In this document: positions 13,601 through 27,940 of the stretch, piece after piece
Layout of the letters: every line of letters starts with the position of its first letter
Numbering within the stretch: position 1 is the stretch's first letter
Origin: the human T2T-CHM13v2.0 reference genome, Homo sapiens
Assembly (NCBI RefSeq): GCF_009914755.1
Contig: NC_060927.1
Length of the DNA: 64,000 nt
Strand: one strand, 5' to 3'
Position numbers and translations under genes: made by a program
Notes under the pieces: model-generated
Database searches by the model: none
What the model was told of the DNA's origin: nothing
What the model saw: only the letters and a program-made list of their open reading frames with translations

Positions 13601-16549
13601 ATGAATTGTGCACTAATCATCTCCTAACATACTACATGAGTTACTTATCTTTTCACTGATGGATCCCAAGTGGCTAGTAAAGTACTGAATACACATTAGG
13701 TATCAATAAACATCTGATGGATAAATTAAAATTTCAAATAGTGAAAGCAAAATTATAGAAACTTAGTTCATTGGCAGCACAGAAAATAAAATAGCCTCTA
13801 GTGCAAAGCCATATTCAATTTTTTGTTATCTGATCTAGTATGAAGTTTGATCGATACAAGGACCCAAATTTATTAAATCTTGTTAAAGAACCTGATGCTC
13901 TCTCTCTAGAGACAATCCTTTCTTCCCCAAAATAGAAATGTGAAATTCCATAGAACTTAAATGTAAAGCAGTAAGTCCCCTACCCACCTCTGTGCCTCAC
14001 CTCGCCCGTGACTCAAGTGCTATATGAACCCCTGCAAATAAATCAAGGCTGCTGAATTCTCAAAAGCTCTAATTGTGCCAATTGTAAATAAGCCTCAGGA
14101 TGAATTTCAACCAGCAGTGTCCCCAAAACCATTATCTGCAACTATAATCCATTACTTTTCTTTCATAATTAATTTTTCTAATAGGTCAGTACTATTTGTT
14201 TTGTTTAAGCGCTATTCCAGCAATCCCATTTTACCAACAACCAATGTCAATTGTAATTATATACATATTTTCTATTATATACAACAAATACATTCTTATA
14301 TTATGCGAAACACTAAATTGGGCAGTGATTTTTTAATGAGTAATAAGGTAATATGCTACATTGGTGCTCAACTGCACTTGTCTTGACCATATGAATTAAG
14401 AGTCTAGTGGAAATTTATAAGCACCTTGAGGACTTCCAGGTATGTGGGTGCTTAAATAGGTACTCAAAAGATGCTGCTTATTTTCATAGATTTTAATGTC
14501 TAAATCACTGGGAACAATGACAATTACCAGAGATATAGATAGGTGGTTAGATAAACACACAAGAGATATGTATGTTAGAGACATACACATTATAGAGAGT
14601 ATAATAGGGTTGTATACACACCTACATATACCTATATAATGTGTGTGTCTGTGTGTTTGTATGCATGTGTATGAAATCAAAATGCAATTCACTGGAACAC
14701 TGAAGACAAAGCGGTCAAGCAGCTGAGAGAATTCACCATACTGATGAGCTTTCCTCCTCAGAGAGCTTGCTCCTCAGGCCCTCACTCAAAGGCTCTTTAT
14801 TCTTTTTAGATACAATTCTAAAGAGTTTGATATCTACTTTTCCATCCACAACAGACTAAATGCTGAAAACTCGAGAGCATAGGTGAGCTTGTGTTTGATG
14901 CTAGCTGCAAGCAGCCTGACACAGGGAGAAATGAGAGCTCTCCTAGAGCCAATCTGGGGAGTGTCCTGGTGAGGGCACTGAGACCTGCTAGTTAGGAGGA
15001 GGCCTAGTGCAAACAGGCAAAATTGCTTGGATGAAGGGTAATCAATCTGAGCCTAGTTCTTTTGGATGAAACCTTTGAGAACTCAATGACAAGAGGATAT
15101 GGATCCAACAGGAGACTAGTAGAGAATACAAATTCATTATTTTGCTATACAATGCTAGTTGCATTTTAAACAATTGTTTCTCTATGAATTTTACTACCAG
15201 GCTTTTCTGAACCATTCTGTGTGAATTCAATACTGCCTGGATTTTTAAAACCACTTCTGACACTATAAACCAGAGAAATCTTTCTTAAAAGATAATAAGA
15301 AGATGGGGCCTTGCATTTCTCATAAAAGGAAAATGACTCCACCATAAGTGTATTCATTACACACTGTTGAGGCATGAATTCAGGGAAAATTAGACTGAAT
15401 ATGAGATTACCATCCTAACTTTCTGAAACACTCCCAGCGCTGTCACCAGAGTTCTTACTTCAAATATTTACTCTTGATCTAAAAATATCTTAGTCCAAGA
15501 AACGGAATGATTACTCCACAGTTAAAGTATATTTAGTGATCTGAGAGAGGAGAAGTTTCATTTCACTCAAGCAAATGGTTTTAGTACCCCAACCAATTAA
15601 TAGCTTCATCATGTGTGAGCCATGATTATAAAGGAATCGGACTAATTTTTTAAACAAATCTATAGGCTTCTCACAAGGGCTATTTTTCACAATGGTCACC
15701 TTGGAAGAAAGTCACTCCAGGGATACCGTCATTACTTCAGATTTGGGACCTTACCTTTAGAATTGGTTCATGAGAAAAAAAAAAAAAAGAAACACTACAT
15801 GCTTCATAGTTACCCTCCCCACCTAACACTACATATCCCTGATCACCAACTTTGAATATGCCTCATTTACACTGATCAACCAAAAGCCTCCTGGAAATGG
15901 TAACACGGCCTATTTATCCTGGGCTTTACTGGGAGGGTGGGGGATGAAGAGGGTTTATAGGAATTAAGAGAGTCTATTTTTAATTATTTCATCTGTGAAA
16001 CATATGAAATTCCTTTGGCCAAAAATGCAATATAAAACTCAGATTATCAAGGGCCTTTTCGTGGGACCAGTGAAATGGAGAAAAAAGTCTCCATGACAAA
16101 ATAGAGGACTTTTGGGAATCCTTTTTTTTCTGAGGTTTGCATGTGTGTGTTTCTAGCTTGGCTCTCACCTGAACTGCTCTTTCATAATCTACTGTAGTCA
16201 TTGGGTACCTGGAATCTGGGAAAACTCCAACCTTACTCCAGCACTTGTGCAATAACACAGTAAGGCACATGGAGTCAAGTTTAAGCACTTAGTCCAGGGT
16301 TCTTTGCACCCTGTGGGCCTTCAGTAAGCACTTGTTGATTGACTGAATGCGTGGCTCACTATCAATGTGAATTAACTATATACATACTGCATTAAAATCC
16401 AACAACCCAAATACTTTCTAGCTTTCAGGAAGTAATGCATCTAATTGACAGAACCACTCTTATGCCTCCTAATCCCCACTTCCTACAAACCAGCTCAAAG
16501 GAAGAGAGAGAATTTGAAGAAACAAAAATGAACATAAGAAAAACAATTA

Positions 16550-17450
16550 GCTGATGCACTCTGCAAAGCCTGTAATATTATCTAGAATGACAGCATAGCC
16601 ATTGTTCGTGCTGCCAGAGCCCCGCGTGTTTGCTAGCTCACCCGAGGTCCTGAGAGAATAATAAACTAAGCAGATTAGATGTAGACTGATGCCTCCATGC
16701 CACCACCAACTCACACAACACACACACTGTTCTGAGTGTCTGAACACATGCGGGCAGGTAAACCCAGAAAATGGGCACTCCATGTTGGCAGGAGGGGAAG
16801 AGGCTGCCAACAAACAGGGCCTGTTTATTATTTAACAGTTGGTACTGCTAGAGGCCTGGCACCGCTATAGAGCACTCTCTGTTTCAGTGCAAGTCAGCCT
16901 GATTATGAGAGCGTGTGAGCCAAATCATGTTTACCATAGTCTGTGAGAACCTCTGTGCCCCCAACAGACATGGAAATTCTTACAATAGCTCTCGTCCAAA
17001 CAGAGAAAAATCACTCCTGAGATGGAGGTAAAGGGCCCCACGTGCTTAAATTTTGTCTGATCAGCTGGCTCAGTGTCTCTACATGTAGTTGTTTTTTCCC
17101 TGCTCAAGACAAGTCATTCCTCTCTAATGATACAGTTTCTAATCCTCTGCCTTTGGTTACTTTACTTTGGGACCTAAATCAACCAAATACTATGTCAATC
17201 ACCCATCTACTAATATTGCTTATGCTGTCCTGCACGCTTTGGCTTTTCAGCAAAAGAATCTGCTGCCCAGGGCGGCTACCTCCTGCTTCTCCTTCGCCAG
17301 GGCTGCCTCTGCAGTAAGTCTCCTCTCTGCCAATGTGGGCCACAGGTGGATGCCTTCCTACAAATCCAATCAGCAGGATAATGTGCTACTATCACAAGAG
17401 TGGACCTTAATGACAAAGAGCCCTGCTTAGATGGTCACCCCATTAACTTT
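16550..17450. promoter_or_regulatory. Candidate enhancer or alternative promoter (repeat-free, locally GC/CpG-richer)
   Basis: Several retained CpGs, a CCAATCAG box at 17366-17373, forkhead-type TGTTTAT near 16822 and splice-like signals; not a CpG island. Confidence 0.35.
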
Positions 17451-18386
17451 GATTTGATTATTCTGCCCCAGCAGAACACTTGGCTTCACAACCACAGATG
17501 GCAACAGTCCAACATAAAACCTGTAGACAGAGTAGTCATGTTGGGTTCATACATTTTCAAAATATTAAATTTCATGTAAAAATATAAACATGGTAAGTAT
17601 TGAGAGAGTCCCTGGTTCCCTAGGAAAGCACTGTTTTCTTTTCTTTTTTCTTTTTTTTAACAAACCAAGGTCAGAGCACTGAGACAATTGTGCTAACTAG
17701 GCAACAGGGATAATCTAATCATTTCTTTTGAAATTCAACATAAATCAACATTTCTTTTAAGCGTAAGAACCTGGCTTTTATCTTCCATATACAACCAAGG
17801 CAATCTTTGATACTTTATGTGACTCTATTCTATACAACTGTTTTTAAATTCAAGATAAAATTGGCTCTATATAAGCTAGTTCAATATTTTGAAATTTAAT
17901 TGTAACTTGGATACACTTCCTCTGTGACCATGAGTAAATCATTAAAATGCTTTCTACCAATGAGAATAAAGGCATAGCAAACTATAAGTCTTACCTGAAA
18001 CTGTATGCAGTGATTGTTTTGTGTTTTGTTTTCTAATTGACAGTTGATATTTATACACTAAATTATCAAACTACTATTTGTTTTTAATTAATTCCTCAAC
18101 TTTGCCACTCAAGGAAAATGATATATGCTTTGTATTGTTAAGTAAATACATAATTTTATACTTATCATGTTATTATGGTTTTCAAAGAAAGTAGTTGTCC
18201 CTAGGTCACAGATTATATACACATGCATAGCAAAAAGACTTTACAAAAACAAGGAAAATATGAAAAAATAATTGCCTAGCTTGGATCAAGTTAACCCCTA
18301 GTTTAATTTAATCATCTCCTCTACTGAGGATCTGATAAGAGATTCTTAATAACAGCCCCAAATTAAGGCAATAGAATCAGGAAATC

Positions 18387-18688
18387 TTTTTTTTTTTTTT
18401 TTTTTTGAGATGGAGTCTTGCTCTGCTGCCCAGGTTGGAGTGCAATGGCGCAATCTCGGCTCACTGCAACCTCCACCTCCTGGATTCAAGCTGTTTTCCT
18501 GCCTCAGCCTCCTGAGTAGCTGGGACTACAGGTGCCCGCCACCACGCCTGGCTAATTTTTGTATTTTTAGTAGAGACGAGGTTTCACCATGTTGGCCAGG
18601 CTGGTGTTGAATTCCTGACCTCGAGTGATCCGCCTGCCTCAGCCTCCCAAAGTGCTGGGATTACAGGTGTGAGCCACTGCGCCCGGCC
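18387..18688 (-). mobile_element. AluS (Sx/Sz-like) with TSD
   Basis: Full dimer; TSD aatcaggaaatcttt on both sides (from 18375 and from 18691). Confidence 0.96.
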
Positions 18689-18934
18689 AAAATCAGGAAA
18701 TCTTTCCCAAAACATCCTGTATATAGCAACACTCATAACTACTACTTTATGGCAGAATAATGGACCCGATTACAGGTTCACATGGAAAAAGTTGATATTT
18801 CAGCCACGACCAAAATATAAACAGGATTTTTCATAGGGAGTAGATGGTGTGTTCATAGCGAGATAGGTGGTGTGTTCATCTCTGTGCTGAGATACTTCAT
18901 CTTAACTAGTAAGAAACATAGTAATCCCTCACAT

Positions 18935-19180
18935 TCATTAAGAGGTATGCTGTAAGAGCTTAATATGTATACACCCATTTAACCTTCATAACAACCTTTA
19001 TTTTTTAGTGACTACTATTTACAGTGATTACTATTATTTTCTCCATTTTACAGACGAGGAAACTAAAGCACAGAGTGGTTAAGTAACTTGCCGAAGGCCC
19101 TGCATTATGTAAATAAAGGGGCTAAAATTTGAACTAAGGTGGTCTGGCTCCAGAGTCAAAGTGTAATCACTGTGTTCTGC
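18935..19180 (-). mobile_element. MIR
   Basis: 'ctccattttacagacgaggaaactaaagcacagagtggttaagtaacttgcc...tctggctccagagtc'. Confidence 0.85.
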
Positions 19181-19849
19181 TTCTCATAATAACGATCACT
19201 CTTTCTGAGGCTTGTGTTCAATTTAAAACTGTATATTCCCTGAGGCTGTAGAATGTTAGAGCTGAAGTAATTTAAAATGATCTAACCCATGGCCTAAAGC
19301 TCCAGGTGGAGAGAGGATGTTTGGGAAGACTGTGTAGCCTCAAAATTTTGTGGATAGGCACACTTTTCTGGGAAAAGAAATGAGCCACTCATCTAGTCTA
19401 AATGTCTCAGTTGAGAGATTAAAAAAAATAAAGCCACAAAGCAATGGCTGTAAATGCTGCATATTTTAAGGAAGCAATATAAAAAGAACCAAGCCCAGAA
19501 ACCAGGGCTGTTTTCATTATCCTGTCTACCCAAACTCTCTTAGGTGGCTCCCTTAAAGCCAGAAGAAATCTGTGTGAGGGATGCCGAGTCAGCCTGTTTC
19601 TCTACTTGGCTCCACATGACTCAGTAAAGCAAATCAATGAGACAAGACATCTACTCATGCAAGAAAAAACAGAAATCTAGTGTGATGTTTTCTTGACTAT
19701 TCAATGCTAATGGAAAAAAGTTGGTAACACATTTAAGAGGTAAGAAGAAATAAAATTGTCTCTTTACAAAGTTGACTGATTTATTCATTTAGTAGATACA
19801 CACACAGGTATACACACATACACACAATTTATTTATTTTAGTGGTAGCA

Positions 19850-21200
<1,351 letters not shown>

Positions 21201-22529
21201 AGCTTTGCTTAGCTGATAGCTAAATCTGGGTCCAATGCAGGTTCCTTTCTGATTAGTTTTCATTTTTCACTGAGTTAATTCTATCAGCTGTTTGCTGCAG
21301 GAAAGAGGCTGGCACAGTAAACTGAGGACTTCAGGGAGTTTCTTTTTGGTACCATATTTCCTGTTATGTTTTACCTTTCTCACCAACTCGACCGTGCACA
21401 TTGTTCAAGAGATATGGATCTGCTTAGTGTTCTCAGTGTCTTGTCTTCCCCATTTAGATTAGCGGGAGTTCCAAAGGGCTTGCACAAAGTCCTGCCTGAT
21501 ACATTTTCCAAGTCATGATCTAATATTTCCTTATTTCTCTTCTCCTGAAGGTGATCAACAGTGGCAAAGGCTGGTGTGGTTTATCTTCTCCACCTTGCCA
21601 CCCATGCATCCTGCTTTTGGCACATGTGGCAGGCTGGTGTCATTCCTCATTCACTGCCACCTCCTCTGTTATCATCTGTTGTAGAACAAGCCTTAGCAAC
21701 CCTTCTGCAGACCACCTATAGCCTCACACTTTCCTGTTGCATGTAAGTAACTGGAGCATGTGTCCATCAACTTTTGGATGTTCTACCTGCTGCCTATATT
21801 TAAAATACTCTCGACATTGTCCCTGTTCTAAATTTCGAAATATCCCATGGTTTCTGATTTGAGAGTGTACCTGCCTTCTGTAAGAAAAGGCTTTTTTATA
21901 TGCATCTCATTTTCTATTTAATTGTTTGTTGCACAGCAACATATGCGACAGTGTTGCATTTAGTTTTTCATCTGTGGCCTCCTAAATGGCAAAAACAAAA
22001 CTTCACTTATTAGCTCCTCTCCAATCCTTCTCTCAATCAAGTGCTTGCCCGTCCTTGTCCTTAAACCCCTGGACTAATCCCTTGTAAGGTGTCCTGTTGT
22101 AAGGTGTCAACTACAGCATTCACATTCATTGACCATTTATATTTCCCCTCATAAGCATATTTGCATTTAAATAGGAGATTTTAAAAATCTAAACTAAACT
22201 TTAGACTACCAGATGAAGTTATAAATTAAAACTTTGATTGTAGAATGACAAATAACATGGTATATGTGGAAAAGAAGTTAGAGGACCCCAATTAGTATCT
22301 GTAAAATGACCTCATGTGAGTAGCAAAGTTATGTGTGAGTTGCTTTAATCTTTAAAATTAGCTTCTGCAATGCTTCATTGTTTTCTATAATAGAAGAGTA
22401 ATAGGAAAATGAGGCATTTGTTGTAAGTAAATTTTCTAGTTACCTGTTTAAGCAGTTTTCTTTTAAACTTTAAGATGAAAATCTTTACAATGAGTTCCTA
22501 TTTTCTGAAACAAATAAGTGACTTGATAT

Positions 22530-22730
22530 GGTAGAAATGTACTGGAGTGAGTAGTTCCAGATTCTTAAGTTCTTTCTGTTACTTATTATTAATAAAGTTT
22601 TGACACATCATTTAGCCCACCCAAGCCTCAGTTCTCCCATCTGTAAAACAGGAATAGCAATACTTCCTTTCTTGCAATATAAGTTTTCTGTGAGTGGAAA
22701 ATGACATAATATGTGTCAAAATACTTTGTA
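22530..22730 (+). mobile_element. MIR
   Basis: 'aagcctcagttctcccatctgtaaaacaggaatagcaatac'. Confidence 0.75.
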
Positions 22731-23044
22731 TACTAACAACTAGAAAATGATAAGAGCCTTAATAATAAAAGATAATCCAAATAAAATATTACACTACTAT
22801 CAAAGATAATAGAGGCTAACAGGGAAGTTATATAAATACTTTCATGATTCTTTTGTGTGTTTTTTCCTAGTTGTTTAGCCAAGGTACTCACTTCTATTTC
22901 AGTTCTCATTGCCATCAGTGAGTCTGCCTCTAGAAAAAACACTTTCTGTTTTCCCGCCTCCTCTTCTCCAGTACATTTGTATAGTTTTTGTCTTTGTTTC
23001 TTTGGTATGTTTTCTGTGGCTTTAAATTGGCTGCAAAAGATTGC

Positions 23045-23210
23045 ATAGGGTAATGAAAAGAGAAAGCAGCTTTGGAGTCAGACAGACCTGGTTTGAATCC
23101 TGACTGTGTTTTTGTGCTCATCACTTAACGTCCCTGAATCTGTTTCCTTATCCATAAAATGAATTTAATCACTGATACCCTGCAGGGCTATCTAATATGT
23201 GAAGTTCTTG
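23045..23210 (+). mobile_element. MIR
   Basis: 'gctttggagtcagacagacctggtttgaatcctgactg...tcacttaac...ctgtttccttatccataaaatg'. Confidence 0.8.
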
Positions 23211-24469
23211 GATTTCATCAAATCTCATTTGCCTTCTTAAAAGTATATTTTGCTTATTTCTGTGTTTTTAATTGAAGCTTTATGACATTTGACAATGGAT
23301 ACATTGCTGCACTCTGATCAGTAATTATTTTATTCAATGAATCATTTCACTTTTTTTCTAAATGTCACCAAAGACTCTAGCTTCCTTAAAATCTACTTTT
23401 TGTTAATTTCCTTGACTAATCTTATAGTTCCAATAGTTTCTCTGCTTCAATCAGCTTCCTTTTGTCTAAACTTCTTCTGTTTTCTCTTGTAAAATAATTT
23501 ATCCTAATCTTAAATCTTTACGACAGAGACCATATCTTCTTTGGCCATAATGCATCGAATATTCTGTAAAAACCACATCACTATCAATCAATAATTATGT
23601 GTGTGTTATAAGTATGTAAATGTTATAGATCTCATAGAACTTATCCACTCTGCCTTAGCTTATTCCTAGAAGATCACAGATTACTATTATATAGCATTTG
23701 TATAACTCTTTATCATTTGTGAACCTTTCGTAATTATTTAATGGAGGTCTTCAAACTACTAGTATAGATTGATTTTGTTATTTCTATTGTTGGGAAGGGA
23801 AAACAAAGACAGAATGATGAAAACTTGTCAGATATATCCCATGTTACCAGGAAAAACAGGATTAGCACACAGTCTCTTATTCTCTGATCTGCTGATAGTC
23901 TGTTGAGCTAGTGTTTTCCTAGCATGAAAGGAAGAAACATCTATTCATTTCCAATTATTATTTTCTGGAAAAGGTATTATGGAGATGGTTCTCTTTATGT
24001 TCAAAATAAATAAAATGTCCGAGTGATTCCTGGAACTTGGGAGAAAGGGGAAGGTAAACCAAAAACTAGGGCCAGAGAGCAAGAAGGAGGTAAAGGAGAT
24101 AAAATTCGTGGTGGGTGAATCCTCATCCATCATTACATGACAGAAGTATTTAAAAAGGAAAGCTACTACCTCTCCTCATCTGAGGCTTCCTCCAGAACCC
24201 TGTAGGAGAGGAAGATACACTGCTGAGTCTTCATTTGGGGAGCAGCAGGAGAAGGCAGTGCCTCCTTAGCCAAATGAACCTTTCCTGACAGCTGTGGGGA
24301 TATGTGTTTGTGCCACCAGGCCCCTTAGAAAATTATCCCTAAAATAACTAATGTTTAGTCAGTCAAAACAACAACAACAACAGAAAAATACCAGCTTCAA
24401 AGCGAAAGTTATGTGGCGAGAGTAAATAACCCAAACTTAACGTGACCTTCCTAGCATTATTTTAGGGAG

Positions 24470-24845
24470 GCGTTAGGGTATAGAGAGTGAAAAACACCCT
24501 GAGGTGGGATTTACAAGTCTTAATTTCAGTTTCAGCAGTTTCACTTTCTGGCTGTGTGGTATTAGACAAGTGGCTTAACCTCTCTGGACCTCTCTGATCC
24601 TTCAGATTTAAAATGAGGGGGTTGATTACTAAGTGACGTCTAAGAGCCCTTCTAGAGATAAAAAATTCCCCAATCTATGATAATAATAATTAACATTTGA
24701 TGGTCCTTTACCACCTACAAATGATTTCCACATACATTATCTAATTTGATCTTCATGCCAGTTCTGAGGTAGTATTATTATGATTATGCCCATTTTTGGA
24801 AGAGAGATTCAGAAACCACAAAATGGCAGAGTTGGCATTGAACAG
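24470..24845. mobile_element. Two MIR fragments in opposite orientation
   Basis: + copy 'gctgtgtggtattagacaagtggcttaacctctctggacctc'; - copy 'catacattatctaatttgatcttca...attatgcccattttt'. Confidence 0.6.
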
Positions 24846-25889
24846 ATGTTCCCAAGAGGCAAATACCCCTTCAGTAAAAGAAGCAGCTGATGCTAACAAG
24901 GATAAATAAGAGCAGACAATTCAGCCTGTGAGCTCTTGTTTAGGGGTACAACAGAATTTCTGGAAGCTGCATTGGGGTAATGATAATCCACCATGTGGAA
25001 TGTTATCTGATGATGTATTTATCAAAAAAAACTAATAAAAAGAAAATTAAAAAAAGATACAATAATTGTTACTGCACTACACCCTAATGAATTATTGTGT
25101 TCAAGGTTCTTACAAAAAAAAAGTAATATTATACTCGGCTTATGTTTTAATTGATTTATTAATATTTTATCACAGGAATGTAATTTAAGCTCCTCATGAT
25201 TTAGATCTCATAAACCTTTAGCATTTTGCAAATTCAAATTCCAATTTAAAGCCAGGGCGAGCAATTAACTTTTCTATCATCTTGTCAGGGGAGAAGGTTC
25301 GTGTTTAATTTGAGACAAAGTGACAGAAATATATATACACTGTATGTATTACTCCAATTTAATTTATGAGTCAGCACCATCCACCTTCAAAATGTAGATT
25401 TAATAGAAGAGGAGGAAGAAAAGGCCGTGCTGTCATGATAGGGCTGTAATATCTGCCCTGAATTTCTTACATATTAAAAAAAAGTCACTGGTTTGTTGAG
25501 ATACCAAGCTAGATTGATTGCAGGCCTATTTCCAGTTCTTTTGTTTCACATTCCACTTCCTGATTCTTTTCTCATACAGCACATAATCTCATGGATATCA
25601 CAGGGAGTTCTTACCCCCACTTCTACCTCTACTCCTACCCCATCCTCCATTTTCATGCATAGCTGCTTCTACAGGTTTATCCTAAATCTTGACAAGTGAG
25701 ATAAATGGTAAATATTGCTTTGAGATCATGTCTTCATCACCTTTCTCATCTTTCCAAAGCCACCTTCTAAGTGCTCTCTACCTAAAACAAACAAACATTA
25801 AAACTCCTCCCAATTTTATATTTTAATGTGCAGGGTGTATCTGGCACGGTAAAACACTGGCACTTTCCCGTGATCCTTTACAAAATATT

Positions 25890-26020
25890 TAAGGACAGGA
25901 TATGAATAAATAAGCTAAAACCACAGAAGGTAGTCAGGTGAACTGTAGGGAAGTACTTCCCCTTGGTGGTTATTAAGCACTGGAACAGGGCTGCGGAGAG
26001 AGGTTAAGGAATTCTTACTA
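25890..26020 (+). mobile_element. L3/CR1 fragment
   Basis: 'agggaagtacttcccc...ggttattaagcactggaacagggctgcggagagaggttaaggaattct' resembles the L3 3' end. Confidence 0.55.
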
Positions 26021-27014
26021 GCGCCGTTATCCTATAATTCACCAAAGGCACACAATGCTCTATGCTGATGAGATGAGTTACATGACATCTCCTCCCTGGT
26101 TCAATCAAAGGAAAGCAATTTACATCTCAAACCAGTTCTCTCATCAGTGGGACATAAAAACTGCAGAACAGAGATGCAGCAAATGTGCTTATTTATACAG
26201 AATCAACTCAGTTGCCACTGTTCTTTATTATTTTCCTTCTCTCCCACCTCCCCTGTATGGTGGCCATTTTGAATAGGATGCTTAAAATTCTAAAAGTGAG
26301 AAAAAGAACCAAGAACAATTCAGTAACAAAATTAACTAAAGATAACTTGTGCTTCTGACAATCAGTGTCCCTTGTGGTGCTAGGCCAATCCCTTTGTTCC
26401 ACTTAAAAATAAAATCGGATTCCTCTTGCTGGCCACAGGAAAAGAATTAGAAGACGATTAATGGAAAATTCTGGAAGGTAGCCTTGTAAATGTTTATTCA
26501 CTTTTCAGGCATACAATGTTGTGCTACATAAGTGAATACAGTGCATTTGTCAAAGAAAGGCCATGTTGAATTAGTGTGAGGTCTTCATTCATAAAACAAG
26601 CTTATTTTTACTAATAATCTCTATTAATCTCAGCTTAATTATATTAGGCATTTTTCACTTGCATACAACAGTAAAAATGGCCAAAACTGCATTTACTGCA
26701 CCTGCTTAAACGCAGTTATATCCCTAAAAACGATTGCAGGGAACAAGCTCCCACAGACATGGCTTTTAGGCAGAATATGGGATTATGGCAGAGGGGTTTA
26801 AATACAGGAGGTAAAAATGGTAATCATATTCATCAACTACACAAAGAAGTAAAAACAAGAAGCTCTAGATAATTCTTTTTAGTGGACTCACTAAAATAAC
26901 AATAACAGCTTGATGAAGAGAACATGATTGTCGAAAGCTTGTCCATTTTACATTTTCTCTTTACATAGTGCAATAAAAAGGAAGCACCTGCAGTTTCTAC
27001 TTGTGCGTGTATTC

Positions 27015-27041
27015 GTGTGTGTGTGTGTGTGTGTGTGTGTG
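27015..27041. repeat. (GT)13 microsatellite
   Basis: Perfect GT run. Confidence 0.95.
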
Positions 27042-27639
27042 ATGTTGAAAGAAATCATGGACATCATATTTGCTTTAGGAGCTACTAGTCTAATCTTAAG
27101 TGCACATTCCCTACCATAAAGTTGTATTTGAGCCCCGTGCAGTGCAGAAACATTCTTCAGCTTAGAAAGTGCAGTCTTTGCTTCACACCCTTTTCCTTCA
27201 TTCAGACACATCAGCATCTTATCACTTTGGACATTAAAGTAAAAGAGACTTCTTTGTCATGAATATTTTTAGACAAATTACACCAAAATATCTTGTATTT
27301 TCCATTTTTTAGTGGAATCTACTTTACTGACATATACCAGCCCACCATAACATCACTGTTGTGATGTCCTACTACTTATCTAAAAAAAGTACTATTAACT
27401 ACATATTGCAGGTATTTGAAGTATATAAGAAAACCATAAACTGAATTACATTGTACGGCTGGTATGATCTCACATGAAGTTTGAGCTATCATTATTAAAA
27501 ACAGAAATTGCATTTAGTTAATGCATCTGACAGTAAGCCAGTCAACTTTCAAGGTTGTATGATGAGAAAAAAAATATTTTTTAAAAAAACAGAAAATGCC
27601 TGAAAAATTTCACAAGAGCATTTCACATGACAAGAGAAT

Positions 27640-27940
27640 TCTTCCTCTCTCCCTTCTGCTGCCTGCCTGCCCACCTTTCTTCCTTCCTTCCTTCGTTCCT
27701 TCCTTTCCTCCTTCCTTCCTTCTTTCCTTCCTTTCTTCTTTCTTTTCCTCCTTCCTTCCTTCCATTCTTCCTTCCTTCCTTCCTTCTTTCCTTCCTTCCT
27801 TCTTGCCTTCCTTCCTTTCTTCTTTCCTTTTTCCTCTCTCCCTCTCTTCTCCTTCCTTTCTTCCTTCCTTCCTTCCTTCTTCCTTTTCTTTTCTCGTGCT
27901 TCTCTCCCTTAGTTTCTCTCTTCTTTCCTTCCTTCCTTCA
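27640..27940. repeat. (CTTC)n-type polypyrimidine low-complexity tract
   Basis: About 300 bp of almost only C/T (cttc, cttt units). Confidence 0.95.

Noticed and set aside
17989-18002. Minus-strand tttcag|gtaaga recursive-site-like motif
   Set aside because: Upstream sequence is A-rich with no polypyrimidine tract.
23810-23891. C/D-box snoRNA-like layout (ATGATGA at 23814, CTGA at 23884, caga/tctg flanks)
   Set aside because: Stem register does not fit a canonical K-turn, internal boxes are poor, no recognisable guide, and such motifs are frequent by chance.
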